The notes below the pieces were generated by a model that saw only the letters and a list, made by a program, of their open reading frames with translations, was not told where the DNA came from and made no database searches. A DNA stretch of 64,000 nt from Octopus sinensis (taxonomy: Eukaryota): assembly GCF_006345805.1 (NCBI RefSeq), contig NC_043016.1:14074001-14138000 (forward strand). The letters are read 5' to 3'. Positions 36,467 through 51,000 of this stretch are shown one piece after another (positions within the stretch are counted from its first letter, which is position 1; each line of letters starts with the position of its first letter). Both the position numbers and the translations under genes were made by a program.

Positions 36467-38070
36467 ATATTTTAGATATATATATATATATATATATATA
36501 TATCTATATATATATATAAATAATATATATATTATCAGTGCCAAGCAGTGTTTGGGCATAAGCAACTTTATGTTAGTTAAAATATGTTTGTGACATATTT
36601 CAACTTCTAAAGGGAAATGCACTGTAATCACCATGGAGAAAAAGGAATTTTTCTCCATGGTAATTGCTGTTGAAATGTCACAAACATGTTTTAGCTAACC
36701 TAAATTTCTCATATATATATATATTATATTGTATGCAGGCATGCATGCATACATGTTCATTTGCTTGCTGACTGGGTTATACAAATATCGATGAAATTAA
36801 GCTAAGCTGATGATGATTTCTTTTTAAATGTTTCTTTCAAGTGTTACCTACTTAAAATGTGACCTTGGCAATACTATATATAGGCGCAGGAGTGGCTGTG
36901 TGGTAAGTAGCTTGCTTACCAACCACATGGTTCCGGGTCCAGTCCCACTGCATGGCACCTTGGGCAAGTGTCTTCTACTATAACCTCGGGCCGACCAAAG
37001 CTTTGTGAGTGGATTTGATAGACGGAAACTGAAAGAAGCCCGTCATATATATGTATATATATATATGTTTGTGTGTCTGTGTTTGTCTCCCCCAGCATTG
37101 CTTGACAACCGATGCTGGTGTGTTTACGTCCCTGTAACTTAGTGGTTCGGCAAAAGGGACCGATAGAATAAGTACTAGGCTTACAAAGAATAAGTCCTGA
37201 CTGAAACAAGTAAAAGAGTCAAAATGTGACTGCGTGTGTATCGTTGGCGATTTTTTTCCTCCGTCTTCCTTCCCTTCCTTGGATCTTTCCTTTTCCTATG
37301 TTTCTGACGAAGAGCTCCACTTGAAACATTAAATCCTCCTTCTTTCTTTCCTTTCCTGAGCATCCAATAACACTATACTTGTTCCATGTCCTCGCATTGT
37401 TGTGTTTTCATGTTTGGATTAACTTTATATATACATGAGAGCATTAAGTTAACTAAAACATGTTTGTGATATATTTCAACAACATTTACCTTGGAGAAAA
37501 ATTTTTGCACCTTTTTACCATAAGAAAGAATATTTTTCTCCATGGTGATTGCAGTGAATTTGCCTTTAGAAGTTGAAATATGTCACTAACATATTTTAAC
37601 TAACATAAAGTCCACTTATGCCTAAACACTGCTTGGAACCGATACTCATATAAAATACACATACGCACGCATACATGTACGGACACACACACAACTGCAG
37701 TGCAACAATTATGCGTAATTCTTATAATTGTATCTAGTTTTGGTTATTGTCCAAAAAACTGAGTGTGACCATACAGTAAGAAGTTTACTTCCTAACCAAA
37801 TGGTTCTACATTTGTTTGCCTTGCCAAGAGGCTTAACGCTTGTAGCTTAAGTCCTTTGCCCAGCCAGTTTTGAGTAGTATCAAAGATAAGTGGGCATAGC
37901 TACGTTGACATTCTGCACTCTGACTGAAGAGGCGATTGGCTGCGAATGATCCGTGTATCGTGTTTTGTCTTGTTTGCCGTTGTTGTGCTATTGTCCTTTT
38001 CTCCACATAGTGTGTTTTGACAGTTACCATTTGTTGTGTTTTTTCTGTTCTACCTTTGATTATGATGTAC

Positions 38071-38110
<40 letters not shown>

Positions 38111-38111
38111 T

Positions 38112-38177
<66 letters not shown>

Positions 38178-38227
38178 TATATATATATATATATATATAT
38201 AAGATATATATGGTACATATATATATA

Positions 38228-38266
<39 letters not shown>

Positions 38267-38317
38267 TATATATATATATGTACATATATATATATATGTA
38301 CATATATATATATGTAC

Positions 38318-38373
<56 letters not shown>

Positions 38374-38470
38374 TATATATATATATGTACATATATATAT
38401 ATGTACATATATATATATATGTACATATATATATATATATATATATTATATATGTATAATATATATATGT

Positions 38471-38562
<92 letters not shown>

Positions 38563-38643
38563 TATATATATATATATATATATTATTATATATATATATA
38601 TATATGTACATATTATATATATATATATATATATATAATATAT

Positions 38644-38689
<46 letters not shown>

Positions 38690-38704
38690 ATATATATATA
38701 TATA

Positions 38705-38770
<66 letters not shown>

Positions 38771-38836
38771 TATATATCTATATATATGTACATATATATA
38801 TATATATATATATGTACATATATATATATATATATA

Positions 38837-38872
<36 letters not shown>

Positions 38873-39811
38873 ATATATATATATATATGTATATATATAT
38901 GTACATAATATATATATATATGTATATATATATGTACATATATATATATATATATGTACATATATATGTACATATATATATATATATGTACATATATATG
39001 TACATTATATATATATACATATATATGTACATATATATAGCATATGTACATATATATATATATATATGTATACTATAGATGTACATATATATATATTGTA
39101 CTATATATGTACATATATATATATATAATGTCATATATATGTATGTACATATATATAGGTAATATGTGTGTTTTTACAAATATAGTATGAATGTGTTTAC
39201 ATTCTCATTTAGCTCACTGTGAATATTATAATTGAATTTATTGAGACAGCGAGCTGGAAGAATCATTACTTATACTGGAAGAATTATTTAGCAGTTATTT
39301 TATGTTCTGAGTTCAAAATGCTGCAGAGGTCAACTTTGTCTTTCATCTATTCGGGGTCAATAAAATAAGTACCAGTTGAACACTGGGGTTAATATGATTG
39401 ACTTAACTGCCACCCCACCTCCCCACCTCTTCCAAAATTGCTGACTTTGTATCAAAATTTTAAACCAGTATTTAAATTTATTTAATTTCTGATAATTAGC
39501 TATTTCTGATAACTAAATATCGCTTAATTAATAACAAAATGCATAAATGGTCACCTTAAGTTGTCCACTATGGTGCTAGCTTTATTCTTGACTACTCTCT
39601 CCTATTGATTGGGGCAGAAAGCTGAGCATGTCTTCTATGAGGAATGGCCAATAAACCTAGAAATGTTTAATTAGGAGACTCTCTCCCTTTTTGCTTTCTA
39701 CACATCAGAAATATCGAATGAATTTGGTTACAATTTCATTTAACCTGCAGTGAGCCTATATATTATTTAAATGTTTTTCAGTTTGCTTGATTTATGCTGC
39801 ATTGTGCATAC

Positions 39812-39843
<32 letters not shown>

Positions 39844-40058
39844 GTGTGTTGTGTGTGTGTATCATTCGTAATAAAAATAAATCCGAAAGAAGAAGCACAC
39901 TTGAAGATGTAGAGCAATATACAATATATATTAAAAATGGGGAAGGCTGGGTTATGGGATTACCTTAGGTTTCCGTCCATAAGGGTTTAACTTTATGGCG
40001 TATCCTCAGATCCCCAACCCAAGGTAATCCCATAAACCAGCCTTCCCTATTTTTAATA

Positions 40059-40091
<33 letters not shown>

Positions 40092-42875
40092 TCTATATAT
40101 ATATATATATATATATATGCAGGAGTGGCTGTGTGGTAAGAGTCTTGCTTCCCAAACACATGTTCTGGTTTTGTTCCCACTGCATAGGCACCTCGGGCAC
40201 GTGCCTTTACTCTAGCCTCGGGCCGACTAAATCCTTGTGAGTGGATTTGTAGATGGAAACTGAAAGAAGCCTGTCATATATATATATATATATATGTGTG
40301 TGTGTCTGTGTTTGTCCCCCCCCCATTACTTGACAACCGTAACTTAGCGTTCCAGCAAAAGAGTTCGATAGAATAAGTACTAGGCTTACAAAGAATAAGT
40401 CCTGGGGTCAATTTGTTCGTCTAAAGGCAATGCTCCAGCATGGCCATGGTCAAAATGACTGAAACAAGTAAAAGAATAAAAGATTACATGTGTGTGTGTG
40501 TATGCATGTGTTTATTATGTGTATGTATGTATGTATGTGTGTGTGTGTGTGTGTAAATACATATATATATGTGTGTGCATATATATATACTTTTACTTAT
40601 TCTTTGTAAGCCTAGTACTTATTCTATTGGACTCTTTTGCCAAACCGCTAAGTTACAGGGACGTAAACACACCAGCATCGGTTGTCATGCGATGTTGGGA
40701 GGACAAATACAGACACACAAACATATACACACACATACATATGTATATACATATATACGACGGGCTTCTTTCAGACTCCATCTACCAAATCCACTCACAA
40801 GGCTTTGGTTGGCCCGGGGCTATAGCAGAAGACACGCAGTGGGAATGAACCTGGAACCATGTGGTTAGTTAGCAAGCTACTTACCACACAGCCACTCCTG
40901 TGCCTATATAAATATTTTTTTAATCTTTTATTATATTCCTATCAGTGGACTACAGCCATGATGGGATGCTGCTTTGAAAGGTTTAGTCAAACAAATCAAA
41001 CCTAGTACTTACTTTTTAAGCCTGGTACCCATTCTATCATACACTTTTACTGAACTACTAAGTTATGGAAATGTAAACAAACCAGCATTGGTTGTCAAGC
41101 AGTGGTGAGGAGCACAGCACAGCACAAAGACACACGTACATAGATACATACACACACACACACGCGCTTCTTTCAGTTTTCATCTATGATAGCAGAAAAC
41201 ACTTGCCCACGGTGCCATACAGTGGGACTGAACCCAAAACCATGTGTTTGGGAAGCTAACTTCTGTCCATACCACAACACCTGTGCCAATAGATAAATTA
41301 ACCCTTTTGTTACCGTATTTATTTTGAGATGTTCTGTATTTCTTTCAATTATTTTAAATATAACAAAGAATTGAGTAAAATGACTTAGTCATTATTAAGC
41401 TAGTGTTAGGAATATAAATTGTGACTAAGGTTTGGTGGAAGATTTTAACTCAAAACTTATGAGAACAAGACATTTTTGCTACAGAACCAGAGACGGTTTC
41501 AGCCAGGTTGGTAACGAAAGGGTTAACAGAAAGGCAGGCAGATGGACTGGCAGATACTGTATTCTTTTGTTTGTTTCATTACTGCTTTTAGTCATTAAGC
41601 TGTGTTGTTTTGGGACACTAGTATTAAAGATTTTTAGTCAATAATATTCCCAATACTTTCTCTGGTACTTATTTTGTCAATTTTATTAGGAATGAAGGCT
41701 GTGAGGTGGCAGAAACTTTAGCATGCTGGGCGAAATGCTTAGCAGTATTTCATCTGCCTTTACATTCTAATTTCAAATTCCGCTGAGGTCGACTTTCCTT
41801 TTCATCATTTTGGGGTTGATAAATTAAATACCAGTTGCATACTGGGTTCGATCTAATCGACTGGCTGCCCTCCCCCCAAAATTTCAGGCCTTGTGCCTAG
41901 AGTAGAAAAGAATGTTTTGGTTCTTCAAGGCAGCAAGCTGGCAGAAACATTAACATTGCCAGGCAAAATGTTTAGTGGTATTTTGTCTGTCTTTTATGTT
42001 CTGAGTTCAAATTCCACCGAGCACGATTTGCCTTTCATCCTTTTGGGGTCAATATATTAAGTACCAGTTGCATACTGGGATCTATCTAATTGACTGGCAC
42101 CCTCCCCCAGAAATTTCGGGTCTTGTGCCTAGATTAGAAAAGGATATTTTTATCTGCCAAGGTCGACTTTACCTTTCATTCTTTTGGGGTCAATAAATTA
42201 AGTACCAGTTGCATACTGGCACCTGCCCCCAAAAATTTTGGGACTTGTGCCTAGAGTAGAAAAGTTTTAATAGGAATGAGAAGCAAAGTCTGCCTGAGTG
42301 TGAAGAGATGTGAAAGAGACATAATTTTTACAAAAACTATAAACCGCTCAGATTTAGATTTGTAGTTAAGAACACTTGATTTTTTTTTTTTTGCCTATAT
42401 GTGCATTCTTTCCTGTTTGTCATCTATGCTTGTTAGTGTGTATGTGTGTGTGTGTTTGCATGCGTGCATCAGATTTTGGAAATAGAAATATTAACAAGTA
42501 ATTTTTAAAAAATCAAACATTCTTTTATCTTTCAGTAATCGGGAAATTCAGTTTTTTGAAATATCTTCCTTCCATCCTTATTGCCAAATCAGTAACTTTG
42601 AGAGTATTCCACTGAGACTTGACTACGCGTATGTTATCTTCTTTTTTTATCTTTATAAATGCTTAGCTGTTTTAATGGGCTGATTCTGTTAAGCAAAGTA
42701 CATAATTGAATGTAAACTGAAAATTTAAATTCAGTTTTTCCCTGATATGCAGCTGTGTCACAGGGGGCATACAGTTTAGGAATATATGTATGTGAATGTG
42801 TATGAGTGTACCTGTTTATATGTGTGCATGTGTATGCACACATGTATACACATATGATGTATAGACATGTACATA

Positions 42876-42912
<37 letters not shown>

Positions 42913-44226
42913 TCATACACATATATATATACAGGGTGCAATGGGTAAATTGTTGCCAGTTTATAGTTTTAATTTCGTGCATGCACATTGTTTTTGATTT
43001 TGTCAACTACACAGTACAGTAGGGTCAGTTGGGCACTGTCTGTGAGGAAAACAGCACCATGATGCAATTCACTCTGTTAGAAATTTGGAAACGACATGCT
43101 GTACTGGTTGGCATTCATGCCGGAAGCTCCAATTTGAAGATTTCAGATTGTTTGAGTGTCAATCTGAGAGGACAGTGCAGAAGGTTCAGAAAGAGTTAGA
43201 TGAGTCTAATGAGGATTGCGAAGGTACGGCATCGTTCTGATAAGAAAAGAACTCCTGAATTTGTTAGTGAGATCTAGGCCATTATTGACAACAATCCCTT
43301 CATCGCCAACAGCATGGGAGTATCTGAGTTTCTTATCAGGCAGGTAGTGCACAAAGACATTTGGTATTCTTCATACAAGATGAAAAAGGGCCAATTTTTA
43401 TCCCAAGTCATCAAGGACAAGAGGAAAGACTGTGCTACAAAGCTTTTCAACAAACTCAAGCATCACTTCCGACCTAACATGCTTTGTTTTTTCTAGGATG
43501 AGAAAAGTTTCTGCCAGGATCAGATGGTGAACACACAGAACAATCGTTGGTTTGCCATGTCCCCAAAGCATGTACTGAGAGTGATAAAAATCAAACATCC
43601 AGTCAACATCATGATGTTTGCAGTATTCACTAGTGATGGTGACATTATGCCTCCATTCATCTTCCCACATGGCCTCAGACTCAACATGGAGGCCTACATC
43701 AAGTGCTTAGAAGAGGTAGTGCTGCCCTAGGTCAAGTGGGTGGCTGCTGGAAGACCCTATGACTGGCAACAGGACTCTACACCATGCCACACAAGCAGGA
43801 GAACAGAGTCATGGTTGTCAGACAATTTCTGTGACCACATCACCCCCTAACACCTGGCCACCTAACTCCCCAGATTGCAACCCCCTTGATTATTATGTGT
43901 GGGGCACAGTTAAGCGAGAGACCAACAAAACTCCTTGTAACACCAAAGATGAACTGAAGGCAAGGATTATGGCAGCATTGACCAACTTAAACAAGTAGAC
44001 TGTCCAGAAGAGTTGCAGGAAATTCTGAAGTCGTTTGGAGGCTGTGGTTGAAGCCAATGGCGATTTTATTGATTAAATTTACTCTTTATTATTTCAAGAT
44101 ATTTTTATGTAATTTTGATCAAATATATCTGTTAAAATGGGATGTCAGTGTTATTTTCCTTCTTGTGTATTTAGAAGACAATATATGCACTGTGTCCTGT
44201 GTGTGTGTGTGTGTTTATATATATAC

Positions 44227-44279
<53 letters not shown>

Positions 44280-47200
44280 TATATTATATATATATATACA
44301 TATATATATTATATATATATATATATTTGCGATTGAGGCGTGAATGTCATTTGAGTCCAGGATAGATTTTGCTATGAAGTCACCTTGAGGACATTGACGA
44401 TTTTGCCTGGAATTGGGCAAATGTGTCTGGTGATTGCAGAATATGTTTCTTTTATTGTTTTTTTTCTTCAACTCAAATTGTTTGTGCATCATGACATTTT
44501 ACACCAAACAGATTGGTCAAAGCATTGACTTTCCAAGAAAGCTGTTAAGCTGTAGAGATTTTAGAGATTGTTTCGACTTATTCTTATACCTAAGGACACG
44601 TCTTCCTTCACCATTATATCCCTTCACTTGTTGGCCAGGAGTTTTAGAATGCGGTTGTCTTTCTTTTGAATGACATATCCTACCCATCTGCTCTGAATTC
44701 CCAGCAGCATGCTTTGAATACTGGAAGCACTACATTTTCCTAAGATTTTGACATTTGATATCTTATCTTGCCATTTTATGTTGCAGGTATAATGCAAATA
44801 GCACATGTGTGCACATGCACACACACACACACACATTTACACAGACAGATAGACAGACAGATATATATCATCATCATTCAATGCTCGCTTTCCATGTTGG
44901 CATGTGTTAGAAAGTTTGGCAGGAATTGGAAAGCTTGAAGATTGCACCAAGCACCACTGTTTGCTTTGTCATGGTTTCTGCAGCTTGATGCCCATCCTAA
45001 TGCCAACCACTTTACTGAGTGCTCTGGGGTACTTTTTATGTCTTTTTAAGACAGGGACCCCTCAACCGAGAGGGAAATAGTATTTGAGTGAAGTGGCTTT
45101 GTGCCAGGTGATGAGAGGCTTGAGTGTAAATAGAGGGACAGAAACAGGAGTCTTGCTGTGGAGGAGATACATGGCTACCTTAGTTGGAGGGAGTAGAAAG
45201 AGATACAATGTGATGGTGTGACACCCAAGGTACAGGGTGGTGTAAAGTGAAGTTTAGTAGGCATTAGACAGGGTGAGTGTGTGGCTAAGCTCATGAGATT
45301 GTGAGAGTGGGAGAGGGAGAGGAGGGGGAATGTAGTGAGTGGACACAGGTTTTTGGGAGGATTAGGACCAGATGTATGAGGTATTCTAGATTGCAAGTCA
45401 GTGTGTCAGAGAAAATTATGATGTTGTTGGAAAGAAGTGTGTTAGGATGGATGGTGGTGCACTTGCAGTCTGTGATTTTGCAAAGAAAGAACCATAGAAG
45501 TGCCACTATGAAAAGTTGCTTGATGTGAGAATGCATGGTAAAAGAAATGTCTTCTTAATGTGGACCCAACAGAGGCACCAGCTATCAAACTGACTGCAGC
45601 ATGATAGATAAAGCAATTAGGGATATGAAAACAGGGAAAACCCCTGACCCATCAGCAATTACTACCAAGATGCTTAAAATATATGGCGGAGTGTGATATG
45701 GTTGTCCACAAGAGTCATACCCAACAACTGGTACGGCAATGATATAGTGAAGTGCTACAAATGTAAAGGAGATACCTTTGACAGAAGTAATTACAGAGGA
45801 ATCAAATTGTTGTACGAGGTCATGAAAGTCATAGCTCAACTAATTAGAAAGAAAATTAACCTAGATGAGATGTAGTTTGGCATTGTGCCAGAGCGAAACA
45901 CTACTGATGTAAATTCACTGCAGTTACCATAGAGAAAATATATTCTCTTGTGGCCAAAAGGCATATAAACACCATACATCTGTCCAATGCTCTCCCCACC
46001 ACCATCTATCAGATTCCCAGACATATTTCTAGCTCTATATGTGCACATCATCATTTAATATCCAGGTTTCCATGCTTGCATTGGTCAGACAGAAATTTTT
46101 GAGGTAGGTTTTCTGTGGCCAGATGCCCTTCCTGTTGCCAACCCTCACCTGTTTCCAAGCAAGAGGTATTATTTTCTCATGGTTAGACTTGTTTTTCACA
46201 GAAGACTGGAAACAAACAACCTAATTTTTATGACACTTATGATTGTTTGCAACCATCACATGTCTAGGTAAAGGTATACACCAATAACACAAGCACACAC
46301 ACACATTTATATCTGCCAATGTATATATTACTAATAAAAACAATTGTAATGATATCACCACCAAGTTATTAACTGCTTAATATATTTCAGAGCTATGCCA
46401 GATGACCAATGTGTGATAATCTTTGGTGACATGGATGGGCAGATTAATATTTTATCAATAAAGTCAGTTGGTGAATGCCTAAGGTTGTAATAAAATATTC
46501 TCATTTGTTTTGCTTTTTTTTTTTTTTTTTGGGGAAAATTATACATTTGATTTCTAAAACAATACTATAACCTTTTGATCAGTTTCATGAAGTTGAAAGA
46601 ACACAGATTTTAATATTTTTCCATTCATTCTATAATAGATAATACTCCAGTGTTGATTAAGTACTTGTTAAATGAATGCCATTTTTATGAGCCTATCTGA
46701 TGTCAAATAAGAATTTTGAGTAAACTTATAGAACATTACTGCACCTTCTATGACATAAGTTGATGAGTCTTAATGATTATTATACATAAACTGAACTGTA
46801 CCGTAGATTAGCAAATTAGTAGAGATGACCTGGAAGTTGTTCCACTTCAGATACTATCGCAAACAGCAGTAGTTTTCTTCAACCGAATACACGTTGTTGA
46901 TTGGTTGAAATTACCCAAATATGACAACTTTAATACGAAATAACTCTAAGATACCAAATTTTGTAAAAAATGTCCGAAGTAAACCATGTTCTGCCTGAAA
47001 CATTCCACCAGTATACGAAGTTTCAAACTGTTTAGTTAAAAATAATTAATTAAAAAGTCTGTGAGCCAAACTGAATAAATTCGATTTTTCTTTGTAAATG
47101 AAAATATCTGTTGATGGCATTATTTTACAAAATGCTTATCTAACTGTTTAACATTCAAATTATTCTGTCAAATGTAATACTTATTTATCCACATTGTTTC

Positions 47201-48049
47201 TAATTAACTGTGCATTATCTTGTAGCTTCAAGGTTTCAATGATGTGATTGTTTATTTTTAAAATGACACAGTAGGTTAGGTACAAGAGGCTGGGTCTGGC
47301 CGATTTGAACATAAAACAGACATAATATTTGGGCTGGATATGGATAGTTTAAATGCTAAAGGGTTAATAAATATGTGTGTATTTACTTCTTGATGTTAAT
47401 TACAAAAACTGTCTTGACTTTATTCAATTTACAAAGCAATAAGACTTCTTAGACTAAAATATATGATTGATGCTTAAAATTTGTTTACCTTAAGATTTAT
47501 AACTGAATCTTTAAGAAATAGTCTTGGTCAAAAGGCCAAAGAATCTGCATGTGCATAAATGCATAAACACACACACACACACACCAGTAAATACATTAAC
47601 CAAATGACAGCATTTATAAGCATTTGCTAAACATACTAGGAACAGTCACCGAATCTCACACAAATCTCATTCTACGGCCTTAAAAATGAGAATGGCACAT
47701 TTTTGGATAATTTTAAAAAGAAATAGTCACTCATAACAAATGTAACCCTTAAAAGATATGGGTTGGTCGTTATTGGTATGCTTTTTGATTGTTAGTTTAT
47801 TCTAGAAAGAGGTAAGAATTTGACATTTTGGTACAGCTGTTTTGGCTGCACCAGTTTGGCATTGCTGATTCAACACTGACTTATTTGACATTAGATGTCT
47901 TAATGTTCTCTCTCTTACTTTCTCCCTTCTCTCCCTTTCTCTCCCCCCTCTCTCTCTCTCTTTCTGTTTATGTGTGTGAGTATATTTCCAATTATGTATC
48001 TGAGGAGAAGGAAAAATATTCATGTCAATTGTGTTCAGTTAATAAAATG

Positions 48050-48087
<38 letters not shown>

Positions 48088-51000
48088 ATGTGTGTGTGTT
48101 CCCTTTATTCGGTATTTCACTTTATATCCTAAGATTTCATATCACACTTCATAATTGTCCATCATTCCTCAAATTATTCCACACCATATGTCTGTCTTAT
48201 TAATGAGAATCATCTTTTGCTTTTGCCTTACCTTATGCTTACCGTTATCTCCAAAGGTTATGGAAGAAAAAACCTAAGCACGAAAATTTCATTGCAAGCG
48301 TTTCTCTGCGGAGTATCATATCCAACCCTAATATAAGATTTGTTTGTTGGACTGTACATGAAGACTGGGTACAGCAGGTAAGACAATACATATACATCGT
48401 AATTAGTGGAGCATCAGGTGAGATAATAATTGTATTCTGCAGTTTTAGCAGTATGTATGTGTAAATAGTAATCTGGTATTCCAGACAAGACATTGCAACA
48501 ATGAAACTTGTATATAATGATTGGGTACGTTAGAAATAACTTTTCCTATGACAAGCCGCTATGTATATATTTCTTTATTGCCCACAAGGGGCTAAACATA
48601 GAGGGGACAACCAAGACAGACAAAGGGATTAAGTCGATTACATCGACCCCAGTGCGTAACTGGCACTTTATTTATCGACCCAGAAAGGATGAAAGGCAAA
48701 GTCGACCTCGGCGGAATTTGAACTCAGAACATAACGGCAGACGAAATACGGCTACGCATTTCGCCCGGCGTGCTAACGTTTCTGCCAGCTCGCTGCCTTC
48801 CATTAAGCCGCTATGTATATATGCATACAAGCCTCTATGTATATGCATATATTTGAGTATGTACTGAGGTCCTTGTTGATTGGCCCCTGATATTAAAGAA
48901 AGTGTTAACACATATGATATGCAAAATAGTAACGCCAGTTTTCTGTAGCTACTGCAGTTGTGGAGTCTATAAAAGTATGTTCACACCTTTGATGAAAACC
49001 CATTAAAATTCAGATATCAATTAAGGCTGTTTGTCGTTTTTTCAATCTACAGAGAAATAGCTAAATTAGCCCTGTCTATATATCTTCTGCATAGGTTATA
49101 TATATATATGAATTTTTCCCTTTTCTTTTTTCGTATAATTAGTCATATAATGAATCTTGATACTTTCCCACAGAGTAAGTTGCTAATTTTATCAACAAAC
49201 ACCAAGTCTCCTCTACATAGGAAAATATCGATATTTATAAATTTTGATAATGAGTGCAGGTGGCACATAAAAAGCACCATTTGAGTGTGGCCGTTTGCCA
49301 GTACCACCTAACTGGTCCTTGTGCTGGTGGCATGTAAAATCCCCCACTACACTCTCGGAGTGGTTGGCATTAGGAAGGGCATCCAGCTGTAGAAACTCTG
49401 CCAGATCAAGACTGGAGTTTGGTGCAGCCTCCTGGTTCGCCAGCCCTCAGTCAAATCGTCCAACCCATGCTAGCATGGAACGCAGACGTTAAACGATGAT
49501 GATGGTATGGATGGACGGACGGACGGACGGACGGACGGACTTATCTATTTATTTATTTATGTAGTGTTATGATTGCAGCCACTAATATTATTATATATTA
49601 TGAATAATAATGTTCTTTTATATATATATATGTATATATATATATAGCAAGATTACTTCATAAATGTAACATGATGGAGTTATACAAGTAAAATACATTT
49701 GAAGATATTAATAATTGGTGCAGAGTTACGTTTTGTGAAAAGTAAATTTACAAACATAAAACAGTTGTTATGTGTCTGATTGTTTATATATTTTTTTTTC
49801 AGGTTAAATACTGTCCACAAATTAAACAAGTTATATCATGTTCTAATGATGCTAATTCAGCATTAGTTATAGGTATACACACTTTACTCATTATTTGATT
49901 TGTTGTTCTTGATTTGATAAAATGTTACTTATAGGTAAAGCTTTGAATTCCTACCACATTATGTTGGCAAATAATCTTTACTACTATACAGTCTGTCTTT
50001 TATACGAAAGAGTGAAATGATTTGTTTCTATTGTTTCCTTATAAAATATCATTTTTTTAACACTTGTTCAAAAGACTTTAGTTCTTTAAAACACAACCTA
50101 ACAGGTTTTACTTTATAGATATTATTTTACAATTATCTCGGAATCATTTTAATTACAACAGGTTGCACTATCAGCAGTGTTGATGTTGAGCAGCAAATGA
50201 AGTTTGTCAAAGAAAATAGTTTTTCTAAAAACAGCTTAATTGGAGAATTAGAGCCACCGAGAACAAGATCTGAACATGATCAGACAACTTTTAAAGTGCA
50301 CAAAGGAGTGAAATGTTTTGATTTCAACAAGAAAAAGAACATACTTGTAACTGGAGGTATGACTTACAAAATAGTATATCTGTGTGCGTGTGTAATCTGT
50401 TTGAATAAATTTCATGATTAACTAATTGATATATAATTGTGATAGGCGCAGGAGTGGCTGTATGGTAAGTAGCTTGCTTACCAACCACATGGTTCCAGGT
50501 TCAGTCCCACTGTGTGGCACCTTGGGCAAGTGTCTTCTACTATAGCCTCAGGCCAACCAAAGCCTTGTGAGTGGATTTGGTAGACGGAAACTGAAAGAAG
50601 CCCGTCGTATATATGTATATATATATTTGTGTGTCTGAGTTTGCCCCCCACCTCCAATATCGCTTGACATCCAATGCTGGTGTGTTTATGTCCTCGTAAC
50701 TTAGCAGTTCAGCAAAAGAGACCGACAGAATAAGTACTAGGCTTACAAAGAATAAGTCCTGGAGTTGATTTGCTCGACTAAAGGCAGTGCTCCAGCATGG
50801 CCACAGTCAAATGACTGAAACAAATGAAAGAGTAAAAAGAGTAAGAGTTTTGTGGTAATCCAGATATAATCTTAGCTGTCCAAAGATGTAATGCAGCAGA
50901 ATAAGAACTATTCATGTTGTTGTTGTTATTTATCCTAGATTAGCAAATCTATGGTCATCAAAATACCATCTATGTCCATTGTTTTTTGTGTGTTTTTTTT

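Noticed and set aside
38017-39134. Long ORFs of IYIY/YICT type (also 6370, 7370, 10603, 33769, 36206, 44048 etc.)
   Set aside because: Translations of (TA)n, (CA)n and (TG)n microsatellites that lack stops by composition.
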